Below, piece by piece: positions 39,230 to 50,045 of a stretch of 64,000 nt of DNA (its first letter is position 1; every line of letters starts with the position of its first letter). Where the stretch lies: contig CAKKNE010000004.1 in the NCBI GenBank assembly GCA_918797485.1, forward strand, positions 2,046,001 through 2,110,000, in the 5' to 3' direction. The stretch comes from Pelagomonas calceolata (Eukaryota). The notes beneath the pieces were generated by a model, which worked only from the letters and a program-made list of their open reading frames with translations, was not told the origin of the DNA and ran no database searches. The position numbers and the translations under genes are program-made.

Positions 39230-39865
39230 ATGGCCGAGCAGCGCGCCGCCGCGCTCGCAGCGCAAGCAGCGGCGCCCGAGCCGCAAGGCTGCTTCTCCGC
39301 GTGGAAGCTGGGAGTTGGTCCCTACAACGCGGCTCTGGTCGTCTTTGGAGTGTTCGTCGTCCAGTTTTGGTTGAATGGCAGCTGGGCCCAGTCCGCCGTC
39401 CTCGCGGCGGCTACCTATGCTCTCAGCGAAGGGAAGCTCCTGGAGCCTCTACGCTTCGCGTGGGTCGGCTTCACGCTCAGCGTCATCCTCGGGATCTATT
39501 ACAAATTCAAGCCGTTCTGCTACTGGTTGTATACCGACGTGGTCGTCAAACCGGTCAGAGATGGATTTTCCGAGATGGACAAGGACCCGCAGCTCGAAGC
39601 TGCCGTCGTCGTCTCGCTCTGTCTCGTCTGCCTGTTATCAGTGAGCTTCGCTCGTGATGGTCCCATCTCCAAGAATCTCGCGGACGTCCTCGGCCGCCTC
39701 GTGACATTCGAGGCCGCAGCGCCGCAGCGAAACGAGCCCAACATCTACATCAATGGCGTGCGCGGCCTCTGCTTGTGGTTGTCGAACTACTGGCGGAGCC
39801 AGAACATGCGGGGCCGCCTGCGCTGGGTGCTCGTCGGAGGCGTCCAAGGCGCCGGCGCGGAGTGA
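39230..39865 (+). CDS. Hypothetical multi-pass membrane protein (inside the ~6-kb insertion)
   Basis: ATG 39230 MAEQRAAALAAQ; hydrophobic segments AALVVFGVFVVQFWL, FAWVGFTLSVILGIYY, AAVVVSLCLVCLLSV. Confidence 0.5.
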   Translation: MAEQRAAALAAQAAAPEPQGCFSAWKLGVGPYNAALVVFGVFVVQFWLNGSWAQSAVLAAATYALSEGKLLEPLRFAWVGFTLSVILGIYYKFKPFCYWLYTDVVVKPVRDGFSEMDKDPQLEAAVVVSLCLVCLLSVSFARDGPISKNLADVLGRLVTFEAAAPQRNEPNIYINGVRGLCLWLSNYWRSQNMRGRLRWVLVGGVQGAGAE

Positions 39866-40689
39866 ATGAGTCTGTTCGCACTCGTCGCGCCCCCCCCCCC
39901 TCGCTCCATTCGCCCTGTGTAAATGAGCTACTGTAATATCCGCCGCTACTCCGTCGACCGCTCGTCCGCGAATTACAGTTCGGCGGCGCCGCGCCGCTCC
40001 GGGTACTCCTACCGACCGCGACCCGTGGGAGGACGTCACCCGGCCGTGCAACGCCAACGATGCGGCCGTCCTCGTGGTTCCGTGGCCCGCGCCGTCGCTC
40101 TCCACTGCAAGTCAACCGCCCCTGGTGCCGCAACTGTACAGAAAGAGCCGTACAGTCGTACTCTCCCGGGCGATAGACCTTCCTCGTTTCGCCGGGCGGG
40201 CCGCTCCAGGCCCCGGGCGGGCCGGCCCAGGCCAGCGCTCCATCCGGATGGAACGACGGCTTGTCCCCGGCCTGGTGCGCGACGTCGGCGCCTCACCAAA
40301 GGCAGCGCGCTCTCGACAACGCATCGCTCGCTCGCCGCCGCCTGCAGCGCTGCCCGACGCCAGCGATGGCGGGGAGCTGCTGCCCCTCCACAAGACAGCT
40401 ACTGAGACGCGGCGCTGCCCGACGACGCGCGCGCGCCCATTCCTTTGACGGATGGACGACTGTATACGATCAAGACGGCCGACCTCGCGCGATGCCCGAC
40501 GAGCTTGTAGGGGCACCGGCGAACCGCTGCGCGCTTTTAAGGCAGCACGATGAACCGCCATACACACACTGCAGCCACAAAAACGCGCGGCGCGCGACGA
40601 GGGCGTCGCACACACACACTACCGACACACTACGAGCGCGACGCGACACGGCCGGCACGAGAGAAGCGGACGGCACACTTCAAATTTGT

Positions 40690-41360
40690 ATGCGACCGCG
40701 CGCCTTCAAATTGCGCCGAGCCCGGATCGCGGCGCGGGCGACGGCACGGCCTTCAACTTGACGGCGACGGCGCGGCCTCGCGACGGCGGTACGGTGGCGG
40801 CCGTGTATACATGGAACTCACAATCGATGGACGCCGGCGTCCGGCCCAAAGGGGGTCTTCTACATAAAGGGCCTCCGTCCCGGGTGCGTGTGGCAATGCA
40901 GCGTCTAGTATTAGAGACGCAATCGCGCCCAGAAACAATCCATGCGCAGGTACAACGAGGGGTACTACCTCCTTGCATCTTGGGATTTTGGGAAGCTCTA
41001 AGCCACACCTAGTTGGACCACTGGGGCATCGCCTCGTCGGCAGCGGTCTGACGATCGGCGTCTGAGTACTATGTATACCTACAGTGATGTGGAAGCAATA
41101 CAACCGGACACAGTGATAGTGCGTTTTACGTGGTTAGTCATTTGTTGTCAAGGGACTGCGCTTCTGCATCGCCGTGCAGGGCTTCACGTGCGGCAGCGTC
41201 GATTCGATTATGAAGTGGTACATCATGTGGCGGCGTGTGCTGGACAAGTGGCGGTGGCCGCCACGAACTACTAGACATGTTCTCTACAAGTTCTGGCCCT
41301 ACTCCACGCCTCATCGTGGTGGTAGGTCGCCTCGTAGTACGAGTTCGGGCCCGAGCTGGT
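40690..41360 (+). pseudogene. Possible decayed coding remnant
   Basis: Lower-GC stretch with protein-like fragments (VFYIKGLRPGCVWQC, RYNEGYYLLASWDFGKL, FCIAVQGFTCGSVDSIMKWYIMW) broken by stops and frameshifts; no family recognised. Confidence 0.25.
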
Positions 41361-44300
41361 GTATTTTTTAGCGAAACGTGCGGGTTTTCAGCGATTTATT
41401 CATGCGACGCGGGGCCACGCGAAGCGATTCAGCGCTGATCTGTGGTTGTTTCTGACGTCGCTCCAGCGAGCTCTTATTACATCGCGACGTCTACCTCTCT
41501 ACAAAGCACACATACAGAGTCTCATAGACATGTCTCAGCAGAGGCAAAAAGCCGCACGGCGGCCCTACGAGTCATTCCCTTGGATTGGTACCCGTTTGCT
41601 CAGGTTCTTTTTCTTGTTTTATGGATCTGGTGTGGTGGTCCTGGGCGTCTGCGCGGCGAAGGCCGGCTTCGGCGCGGCGGCGGCCCACGTGCGGGCCTAC
41701 CAGCGCGCGCGCCAGCGGGCGAGGGATAGGGTTTGGACTGATGCGGGCGAGTACGGAAGCCGCTTCTGGACTGATGCGTGTGTGTTAGAACACCTCCGCG
41801 GCCGCAACTCCAAGCCCTCGCACCACGTGAGCGCGGTGCCGACTCGAGACATCTGCACGCTCAGTTACGTCGGCTACGCCCTCAAGGAGCCCCAGGCCAT
41901 GGCCTCGGCCAGCGCTACCTTAGAAGACTTTTTGTCAAACGGTACGGTGCTTTGCAGCCCGTTCGGCGACTGCGTCATCGTCCCCAGCCACGGCGCGAAC
42001 GGTGGCCTCGAAGGCAGCTGCGCGGTCACCTTCGTCGGCGAGCGCGCCGAGGCGCACCGCATAGAAGAGCGCGACGCCGTCGATCACGCCTGCATCTCCA
42101 ACCTCTCGCACTACAACGCGAGCTCGGGGCCGATTCGGGGCTCCGTCCTCAACGACGTCTGCAATCTCAGCGACGCGCGCTCCCTGGTCGGTTCCCACGT
42201 CGAGGAGTCCCAGGCCATGGTCTGGGTCAGCGCTACGGTGAATGCGTCGATGCCGTGGCTGAAGTTCGGTTCTCTGGCGGCGGCGTGCGCCGGGCCCCGC
42301 CGCGCGGTAGTACCGTTGCTTTTATCTACGTCGGTCAACGGTGTCAGTGCCGCCGACGACGAAAGATGGGTCACGACGGTACGCAGAAGGTTGGACGGGA
42401 TTGTTAGCCGTCTCGAGAGGGACGGAGGACCGCATCCCGGGGTTGAAGTAGTTGGAAAGTGCCTCAGGTGGTGGGAATCGTCCGCCGAGGAATCGTCCGG
42501 CGAGGACTACTACTTCATGAAGATCATTCATTATGATGAGACGTCCAAGATGCACGACTGTACGTATATTGACTGCTACGAGGACGGAGGGCACTGCTCT
42601 GAAGAATCCGAACGTATCGACCTCTCAAAGAACCCGGACATCATACCTTGCAAGGAAGAATATGTAGGCTTGACGATCAAGGTCTACGAGGGTATGTGCT
42701 CCGAGAATTATAAGGAGGGAAAGATAGTATTCTACGACGAGTCTACGGACGAGTTCGTCATGAAATTCCCGGACGACACGGAGGAACGTCATGTTCTAGA
42801 AGTGCACAGCATCCAGTTCTGCGACGTGCCGCGGGACATGGAGGTCTGCCCCTACGGCGCCGACGACCCCTGCGAGGGCGCGTGCGAGAACGACTGCAAG
42901 ATGGACGAGGTCGGCCAGACCTGCTCCGCGGAGGGCCCCGAGGATGATGGCGACGGCGACTGTACGATGAGCCTCTATAAGCCCGGCGACGCCGTCGAGG
43001 TGAAAGTTAACGGGAGGTACTACGCCGCGATTGTAAAAAGAGTGAGAGATTCAGACGGTCGTTTAGCAGTCTTTTACAAGGTGCCTTATCCCCCGCCGGG
43101 GAAGAACAGCGAGTCCGGCATCGAGCTGTCGCGCGTCCGGTGGCCTACTGATGGCGAGGATTGCTCCGAGGACAACGCCGAAGACGACCCCTACGAACGT
43201 GGTCACCGCGTCGAAGTGAAGGTCAACGAGGATTGGTTGCCGGGGAAGTTGGATCGCCAAAGGAAAGAAGGCACGTGGTATGTTATTTATGACGACGGCG
43301 ATACCGAGAGCGGTGTCCCCGAGTCGCGCATAAGAAGGGTTGATGATGAGGAGGAGGACCCCGTGGACCCCCTCGTCAACACTTGCGTTCTCACGGAGAC
43401 TAAAGAACTAGAAGCGACGAAGAAAGTACTCGAGGCGTTCAACGTGGTGCCGGACAAGACCGGGTTGGCTCATCTGATGGAGACGACGAACAAAGCCTTG
43501 ACGATCAAGCTCGAGAACCACGTCACGCTCTCGCGGGAGACGGACTGTTTTACGAAGATGCGGAGCGCTGCGCCCACGTTCATGATGTGGAAGCGCTGTA
43601 CGAAATGGGCTCTTCAGCGGTGTGCATGGTGGAAAAATCCGCGGTCCAATCCCGAAAATCAGAAAGCATCGGACAAGGTCGCCTTGCAATTATGTCCGCT
43701 TTACGAGAGCCTCGGCGTGACTAGTTTTCACGGCCGCGTCAAGGGCCCGTACAGGGTCGTCTCTCATGTGAGCGAGGGTAAACGAGTGCGCCACGGCCAG
43801 CTGACGAGTGTGAAGAAAGGTGCAGGTTGGCACCTCGGGACCGACATTACCTGCCTTATGTATAAGGGCGTACAGATGGCGGTGCGGCTGGACTACCTGG
43901 ATGAGTGGATCCCGGAGCGCTTCTCCTGCACGTTCGCGAAGTACAGCGCGACGCGCACGCTGGCCCTCAACTGGGCCGAGGGCTTCTTTGGGGACGAAGA
44001 GCTCTGCGACGCCTGTCAGTACCCGCGCGACGCGAAGGCGCGGAATTGGGATCTCCTACAAGCACCTTTAAAGAAGGGCGCCGTGATGTACGTGGGCGTC
44101 TCGGGGGCGCACTACATCAAGCACGCGCTCAAGAGAAACTCCGAGGGTTTGAATCCGCCCATGTTCATCGGCAAGGTGTTCGACGCGACGGACTACGACG
44201 CGTCGGACTGCTCCCTCAAAGACATTGCGCCGAAGGATCGCCGCGCGGACGCCGATTATTGGGAGAAGTTCGTTGCGCATCACCGCGTCGACGCGAAGCT

Positions 44301-44904
44301 CTACGAAGCCTTAGATGCAGCGGGGCAGATTCCCTCGTTGAAGACGAGCCGAGGGGCCGTGTCTCCGGTCTTCGAGTACAACCAGCTGGTGGTCCCGTTG
44401 GACGTCGGCAGAGGCCTCTCCCGCGGCACTACGGACGTGGCCAAGGGCGTCGAGATCGGGTTCGTCTTCAAAAAGGTCTTCTACGGGAACGAGCACACCT
44501 TCGAGAACCTGAAGAAGTGGGATCCCTCGTGGCAGATTACTAAGGACTTTTTGCGGTTGGCGGGCGTGGCGTCGTTCGACGAACTCACGTTAGCTCCGCT
44601 GCCGAAGAAGCCCGGGTACGTGATCGACTACGGGTTCCAAGGGATTCGCTGGCTGCCCGCGGGCCAGGTTGCGTCCTCGCCGGGAGGAGGGTTGCGTGTG
44701 AAGCGCAAGCGAGACGAGAAGGACGGCCGGGAGATGCGGTGCTACCGCGCGAACTGCCCGTACAAGAAGGCATGCGGTTCCGAATACCAGTGGTTATACT
44801 GCCCGCAGAACGGGGTCTGGAAGGACGACGCCGTGCTCGAGTCGAAAGAGTTCGGGGTGCAGTGCCCGAAGTGTCGGCGGGGGGGTTGCAAGTTCGTGCA
44901 GTAG
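41359..44904 (+). CDS. Multi-Tudor/Agenet-like protein (~4 Tudor-like repeats) with uncharacterised C-terminal domain and terminal Cys cluster; start uncertain (ATG 41530 or later)
   Basis: VVGKCLRWW...KIIHYD, YVGLTIKVY...GKIVFYD...FPDDTEE, YKPGDAVEVKVNGRYYAAIVKRV, YERGHRVEVKVNEDWLPGKL...YVIYDDGDTESGV; C-terminal CYRANC...YCPQ...CPKC. Confidence 0.7.
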   Translation: MYFLAKRAGFQRFIHATRGHAKRFSADLWLFLTSLQRALITSRRLPLYKAHIQSLIDMSQQRQKAARRPYESFPWIGTRLLRFFFLFYGSGVVVLGVCAAKAGFGAAAAHVRAYQRARQRARDRVWTDAGEYGSRFWTDACVLEHLRGRNSKPSHHVSAVPTRDICTLSYVGYALKEPQAMASASATLEDFLSNGTVLCSPFGDCVIVPSHGANGGLEGSCAVTFVGERAEAHRIEERDAVDHACISNLSHYNASSGPIRGSVLNDVCNLSDARSLVGSHVEESQAMVWVSATVNASMPWLKFGSLAAACAGPRRAVVPLLLSTSVNGVSAADDERWVTTVRRRLDGIVSRLERDGGPHPGVEVVGKCLRWWESSAEESSGEDYYFMKIIHYDETSKMHDCTYIDCYEDGGHCSEESERIDLSKNPDIIPCKEEYVGLTIKVYEGMCSENYKEGKIVFYDESTDEFVMKFPDDTEERHVLEVHSIQFCDVPRDMEVCPYGADDPCEGACENDCKMDEVGQTCSAEGPEDDGDGDCTMSLYKPGDAVEVKVNGRYYAAIVKRVRDSDGRLAVFYKVPYPPPGKNSESGIELSRVRWPTDGEDCSEDNAEDDPYERGHRVEVKVNEDWLPGKLDRQRKEGTWYVIYDDGDTESGVPESRIRRVDDEEEDPVDPLVNTCVLTETKELEATKKVLEAFNVVPDKTGLAHLMETTNKALTIKLENHVTLSRETDCFTKMRSAAPTFMMWKRCTKWALQRCAWWKNPRSNPENQKASDKVALQLCPLYESLGVTSFHGRVKGPYRVVSHVSEGKRVRHGQLTSVKKGAGWHLGTDITCLMYKGVQMAVRLDYLDEWIPERFSCTFAKYSATRTLALNWAEGFFGDEELCDACQYPRDAKARNWDLLQAPLKKGAVMYVGVSGAHYIKHALKRNSEGLNPPMFIGKVFDATDYDASDCSLKDIAPKDRRADADYWEKFVAHHRVDAKLYEALDAAGQIPSLKTSRGAVSPVFEYNQLVVPLDVGRGLSRGTTDVAKGVEIGFVFKKVFYGNEHTFENLKKWDPSWQITKDFLRLAGVASFDELTLAPLPKKPGYVIDYGFQGIRWLPAGQVASSPGGGLRVKRKRDEKDGREMRCYRANCPYKKACGSEYQWLYCPQNGVWKDDAVLESKEFGVQCPKCRRGGCKFVQ

Positions 44905-44982
44905 AGCATCACGGAGGCGCGAAGCGTAAGGGACCGAAGCCATCATTAGACTAAGTGGTGGGGAGAGAGGGAGTGGGGAGAA

Positions 44983-45270
44983 GCGTTCCTGCGAGCCGTC
45001 CTCCAGACAGATGTAGCACGTCTGGCCTTGCGTGTCGTTCGCGCACTCTTCGACGGCGTCCGCGACGGCCTCCTCGTATTCTTTGTTGGCGTGGTGTTGT
45101 TCCGCGCCGCCGCCGCTGGCTATTTCATCACACTCGTCGTCGTGGCCGCCGCGGTGCGCGTGGTAGCGGAGGCATCGATCACTGCAGTATCTTGTTTGAC
45201 AATTCACACAGTGCGCGGGGGCGTCGTGCTCGAGGGGCTTGGCGCAGGCCGCGCAGGTGGTCAAGATCAT
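44983..45270 (-). pseudogene. 5' half of a MYND-RING-TPR family gene (ends mid-RING)
   Basis: MILTTCAACAKPL...CVNCQTRYCSDRC..H..GGH..C..IASGGGAEQHHANKEYEEAVADAVEECANDTQGQTCYICLEDGSQER, then homology to 3220-4380 stops abruptly. Confidence 0.8.
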
Positions 45271-45436
45271 TTTTAATCTCTGTCGTGGTCCCGCGCGCAA
45301 AAGCTAGATATATCTAGATACTCGAGGCTGCCCAGGAAACCCGTTTTGTTTGGAACGGTGCGACGCCGTCGACGCCGTCGACGCGACTAGAACAACCGGA
45401 CGCTCACGGGAAAGAGACAACTACAGACAAACAAAA

Positions 45437-48400
45437 TTAAGCCGTCGCCAGCCCCGCCGCCTCGCGCACCTCCTGCTCCCGAGCCCGCGCCGCCGCCGCC
45501 TCCAGAGCTGGTAGCGCCGCGCGCGCCCCGGCCTCGTTGAAGAGCATGTACCGGTTGTCGCGCCGCTGATACAGCCCCGAGGCCTCGTCTCTATCGAACG
45601 CGTCGAGGGCGTCCTCGCGCCGATTGCGCGGTCGCGCCGGCACGCGGCCCCGTTCGCTCCGCAGGCAGTGCGCGAGCGCTCCGTCCCGCAGCCAGTCCTT
45701 GGACCGCGCGTGGGTACAGTACAACGCGACGCTCGCGTCCGTCGACAGTGAAGACCGCTGCCGCGCGAGCAACTCCGGATCCAAAGCTCGTGCATAGAAC
45801 GCGTGGGCCTCCCTTAGCTCTTCGAGTCGCTGCTCCACTTGGTGGACGACGCCCGGCGCATCGAGTGACGGCGCGTCCGTCTTCAGGGACGCGCACGGTC
45901 TTAGTGAAAGACGCTTGCGTAACGCGTCTCGATCCACGTCGTCCCTGGGCCGGTCGCCTTTCACAGGCCCGGCGAGGACCTCGACCTCGCCCAACACCGC
46001 GGCGCAGACGTCCCTCGCACTACAAGACTGGGGCAGTCCTTCATATTTACCACTCTCTAGTATCTTGGACACGCCCGCCGCCCTCGCGACTTCGAGCACC
46101 CCGGCGCAATCCGACGGTGTCAAATCGCGCTCCTTTAACGCCTCCGTGAAGTCTTCGTGAGCTCTTTCAGCTCGTCTCGACCGCGCCTCGGCGTCCACAT
46201 CACCACGTGAAGGCCGCTCCAGCAACCCGGGGTCCGCGGCTACGCGAGCGTACTCCCCATATTGCCTCTCGCCTCGAGCATCGACGTCGAACTGCAGCCT
46301 TCCCACGAAAGTAGAATCAGACTTGATGGACGCATCCAGCGCCGCCTTCGAGGCCGCCGCCTGCGCCTCCAAACCTTCCACCGTGACAGGCGTAGCACCG
46401 AACAGCACCCGCACCAACCGCTCAGCCTTCTGACACGGGTCGTCATCGTCCGATTCCTCCTCGATTTGCGACACGGGCGACGCCCGCTCCCGCAGATCGT
46501 CGTCGAGCTTCGGAGGCGTCTCTGGTACTTTTACCTCTTCCTCGATAGCTATCCCTTCATCGTCGTCGTCCTCGGGAATCGCCAGAGCCGCCACATTTGA
46601 CGAACCAAGCGCCAGGAAGCGCTTCTCCACCGTACCAGACGCGTCTAAGTCCGCCGCGAGCGGCACGGGCGTACTAGAATCAGCTTGTAGTATTTTGTCG
46701 AACTGCGTGAGCTTTGATGGTTGATGCACTCGTTCAAAACGGTGCTTCGAGGCCTCCTCCAAGTTCGACGATTCAGTACTTTGTAAAGATGCGTCATAGG
46801 CTTCGAGCGCGTCGCGCCACCACTTCGACAGCAAGTCGTCGCGCCGATGGCATCTTCGTACAACCCTCGCGCGAACATCACCCTTATCATCTTCCTCACT
46901 ATCAGATAACCAAGCATCCTTCTTCACGGCCATCGTCAGGAGACACCCTTCTTGCACTTTGACGTTGTGGAGGTAGTAATCACTATCGAGGTCCCATAGG
47001 GGTATATCTTCTTCTGAGGGAGTAAACGTCCCCAGGAACACGTTGATGGCGTCCTGCTTCAATCTATCGGTAAACGCGTTCGAGTAGTACCTTCTTATTG
47101 AGGTAAGCAACTCTTGGTGTTTGGGCACTACGGTCACAGATTCGCCTCGTCTTATGCCCGCGCGCTTGTGGGCTTCGCTCCCACCATACTGGAGCGAAAG
47201 AGCATCTCCCACAGCGGAGTAGAGCTCCATGAGCACCAGCAACAACCGCGAACCCGGTTCTAAGGACGAGCCTCGGACAAATCCTAACGCATCAACACAT
47301 CTCGCGAGTGCCACAGCCCCAACAGCGAACTGCGCCACGTTCGTTCTGTCTAGGCAATCAATACAATTCGACCGCAGCACGCCTCGCTGGAGCTGGACCT
47401 TCGTGCCTTGACACTGGAAGAACCGCGTCTCGTCGAGCGTCCACGCGGCCACATCACTGAGAGCGTCCAGTACTGTCGGTTTCTTCGATCTAGAAGCCGC
47501 CGAGAAATCTAAAGCACAGTACCGCACTTTGGTCTCTGAAGGTAAACTCGTGTTCACACATTCAATAGCTCTCCGGAACTCCGCACTGACGACCGTCTCT
47601 CGGGCGCGCCGCTCCACATGCTTCGTCAAGTCCAAAACCATGCAGGGCCCGCCGTATCTCTCCAGTAAATCGGCAAAATGCTTTTGCGACGCCGTATAGG
47701 TAGGATCGACGCGATCCACAATGATCGGAGGCTTCGGTAACGTAACACTCGTCGCCTGCGTCCAGAAGATGGGGATGGATCCACGGACTTGGACATACGA
47801 AGCGAAGCCGCCGGCCCCATAACCCGGCGCGTGCGTGATCTGCTCGAGCTCCACATCATTTGCCACGTTTCCCGTATCCGACGCGCCGCGCTTCAGGTAT
47901 CGCGTCCCGGCGAAGTGTCGTGACCGGCGCGCGATCAGCGTCACGACGAGACTCCTCCCAAAGAGCGCGCAGGTCCGCTGCACGAATGCGCCATGTACTA
48001 ATGTGACGCACCACCGGCCCGCGGAGGAACCGAGGGCGTCTCGTAACTCTTTCACAAGTTTGTGGTTCCAGGCGTAACTGCTCCGTCGCGATGGTTCCAG
48101 AGGTGGTATATCGGAAGCCGGGTCCTGACTTGACAGAGGTGCTTGGGCATGCATCACGTGCTGCAGCGTCTGCGTGAGGTCATACGCGTAGGAGAAGTAG
48201 AAATCTTTTGAGAGATCCACGAATTGGAAGAGACTGACGTAGCGCTGCTCCGCGGTCTCGCGCTGCGTCGGGTTCAATCTGCGATTCGTCTCCGCGACGA
48301 AGGAGCGGATTAAGGAGCGATCGTCGGACTTCGTTGCTGCGGGTCGGATAGGTATCAATTCCGTGGCCTTGATGCCATAGATCGGGGCACCTCCAATTCT

Positions 48401-48739
48401 ACCGACCTTTCTCCGTTGCGTGATCAACACGCAGTAGTAGCAGTCCAAGAAGCGCACGAAGCCTAGTATGCCGTAACCCGTAGCTACTCGCCGCAACCCG
48501 CCTCCTTGTTTGTTCCCCTCGTGCGCCATTTCCAGCACATCTCGCAACTCGTCCTTCGAGTAGGAGGACGCGTCTTCTTGAGCTAAGTCTATGAGAGAGG
48601 GCGCACTTCTTCTCAGGACTTTCAAGACGCGGTACTTGAGTTGCTGGCGGTCGCAGCCCACCACATACAAATGCTGCTGCGTCTCGTAGATGACGAATTT
48701 CTCCAGGCCGGCGCAGGTGGGCTCGCAGGCGAGGTTCAT
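45437..48739 (-). CDS. FIG4: SAC-domain polyphosphoinositide phosphatase FIG4/SAC3
   Basis: LEKFVIYETQQHLYVVG, DFYFSYAYDLT, ARRSRHFAGTRYLKRG..GNVANDVELEQI, QVRGSIPIFW, catalytic RSNCIDCLDRTNVAQ, SLQYGGSEAH, RRYYSNAFTDRLKQDAINVFLG. Confidence 0.95.
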   Translation of the reverse strand: MNLACEPTCAGLEKFVIYETQQHLYVVGCDRQQLKYRVLKVLRRSAPSLIDLAQEDASSYSKDELRDVLEMAHEGNKQGGGLRRVATGYGILGFVRFLDCYYCVLITQRRKVGRIGGAPIYGIKATELIPIRPAATKSDDRSLIRSFVAETNRRLNPTQRETAEQRYVSLFQFVDLSKDFYFSYAYDLTQTLQHVMHAQAPLSSQDPASDIPPLEPSRRSSYAWNHKLVKELRDALGSSAGRWCVTLVHGAFVQRTCALFGRSLVVTLIARRSRHFAGTRYLKRGASDTGNVANDVELEQITHAPGYGAGGFASYVQVRGSIPIFWTQATSVTLPKPPIIVDRVDPTYTASQKHFADLLERYGGPCMVLDLTKHVERRARETVVSAEFRRAIECVNTSLPSETKVRYCALDFSAASRSKKPTVLDALSDVAAWTLDETRFFQCQGTKVQLQRGVLRSNCIDCLDRTNVAQFAVGAVALARCVDALGFVRGSSLEPGSRLLLVLMELYSAVGDALSLQYGGSEAHKRAGIRRGESVTVVPKHQELLTSIRRYYSNAFTDRLKQDAINVFLGTFTPSEEDIPLWDLDSDYYLHNVKVQEGCLLTMAVKKDAWLSDSEEDDKGDVRARVVRRCHRRDDLLSKWWRDALEAYDASLQSTESSNLEEASKHRFERVHQPSKLTQFDKILQADSSTPVPLAADLDASGTVEKRFLALGSSNVAALAIPEDDDDEGIAIEEEVKVPETPPKLDDDLRERASPVSQIEEESDDDDPCQKAERLVRVLFGATPVTVEGLEAQAAASKAALDASIKSDSTFVGRLQFDVDARGERQYGEYARVAADPGLLERPSRGDVDAEARSRRAERAHEDFTEALKERDLTPSDCAGVLEVARAAGVSKILESGKYEGLPQSCSARDVCAAVLGEVEVLAGPVKGDRPRDDVDRDALRKRLSLRPCASLKTDAPSLDAPGVVHQVEQRLEELREAHAFYARALDPELLARQRSSLSTDASVALYCTHARSKDWLRDGALAHCLRSERGRVPARPRNRREDALDAFDRDEASGLYQRRDNRYMLFNEAGARAALPALEAAAARAREQEVREAAGLATA

Positions 48740-48939
48740 CTTTCTTGCTTGGCGCGCGTCGGCGCTTTCACTTTGTGTTGCGAGACCTTGTGCTTGCCAG
48801 GGCTGCTCTCCTCACGCTTTTGCCATGGCAGCTGTGTGGAGCTTTTGGGTCACGTATGGATGTGACGTTTGAACACTACTAATCACTACTCAATGCGTTA
48901 TGGCGGCTGCGGCTGATAATCAGCACAAAAAGCTGGGAG

Positions 48940-48963
48940 CCTAGCGGACTGTAAGACACTAGG
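48940..48963. promoter_or_regulatory. Recurrent upstream element (reverse orientation)
   Basis: cctagcggactgtaagacactagg about 200 bp upstream of the FIG4 ATG. Confidence 0.6.
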
Positions 48964-49162
48964 GATCCTCAGCAAACTCAGCAAACACCCACAAAAACAT
49001 CTCTGGCCAGAAGGCTCGTCGCAAGAGGTGGCCGCGGTCGCCGACCTCGCCGAGAGACACTTCAGAGACCAGTACAACTTAGGACGACGACGACGCCGCG
49101 CCCGCGAGACAAGAGAACTTGGAACAAAGAACGAGGACAGAGACGACGGCGGAGACACGAAT

Positions 49163-49741
49163 TCACCAGCGCCGGCGCCGCGCCGCCGCGGCCTGCTCGT
49201 GCGCGCGCCGCCGCGCGTTCGCGCGCTCCGTCGGGCGCAGGCGGGCCGCCGGCGCCGGGGCCGGTGCCGGCGCCGGCGCGGCGACGGTCACGGGCGCCGG
49301 CGCGGGCGCCTGGAGCGGCGAGGGCGTCTGCGTCTTTTTTTCGGGCGTCGGCAGCACGGCGCCGCGCGCCGCTAGCGCTGCCGCAAGTAACGCGCGGGAG
49401 ACCTCGTCGAGCGTCTCGGGAGGGACCTGGACGTGGGCGAGGGCGAGCCTGCGTGTCACGAGAGTCAGGCCGCGTGACGGGTCGGGACGCGGTTTGACGG
49501 ACGCGTCGGCCGGCGGCAGCTCGGCCCAGCAGCGCTCTAGGGACGCGGCCGCCGCCGCGGCGAGGCCTGGTGGCAGCGGGCCCGGGCTCCTGGCCTTGCC
49601 CGGCGGCGTGCGCGCGGCCGCGGGCCGCGCGAGGAAGGCCGCGAGGTCCGACTGCGCCTCGGGCGCGACGTCCGCGGGCGTGACGCTGGGGGGCTCCTGC
49701 GCGGCCGTGCGCGCGCGCTTGGGCGGCGGCACATCGGCCAT
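49163..49741 (-). CDS. Small Pro/Ala-rich hypothetical protein with NLS-like PPKRAR
   Basis: ATG 49741 MADVPPPKRART; low complexity, so weakly supported. Confidence 0.45.
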   Translation of the reverse strand: MADVPPPKRARTAAQEPPSVTPADVAPEAQSDLAAFLARPAAARTPPGKARSPGPLPPGLAAAAAASLERCWAELPPADASVKPRPDPSRGLTLVTRRLALAHVQVPPETLDEVSRALLAAALAARGAVLPTPEKKTQTPSPLQAPAPAPVTVAAPAPAPAPAPAARLRPTERANARRRAHEQAAAARRRRW

Positions 49742-50022
49742 AACAAGGCACCAGAACACGAAATGGGCAGCCCTGCTCTGCGTCTGGCGCCGGGCGGTGG
49801 TCCCGACGCGTCGGGGCAGCACACTGTAGTCGCGGCGTGCTACGGCGGCGGCGGCAAAAGGGATTTGACGCGCGTTCGGCTGCGATGGCAAGGTGTTCGG
49901 CTGCCTCTGAAATGGGGACCTCGCTGGTGCGGGCGGGCTGCAGGCGGGGATCTTACGCGGGTAGAGGACTCCTCGGGGTGACGGCATGTCTTGCGACGTG
50001 CCTCCCGGGATGGGTCTTGCTG

Positions 50023-50045
50023 GCTAGTGTCTCACGGCCGCTAGC
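50023..50045. promoter_or_regulatory. Recurrent upstream element
   Basis: gctagtgtctcacggccgctagc between divergent starts 49741(-) and 50218(+). Confidence 0.55.

Noticed and set aside
38995..44982. Classifying the insertion as Helitron, LTR or TIR transposon
   Set aside because: No TC...CTRR ends, LTRs, TIRs, TSD or transposase/RT motifs found by eye.
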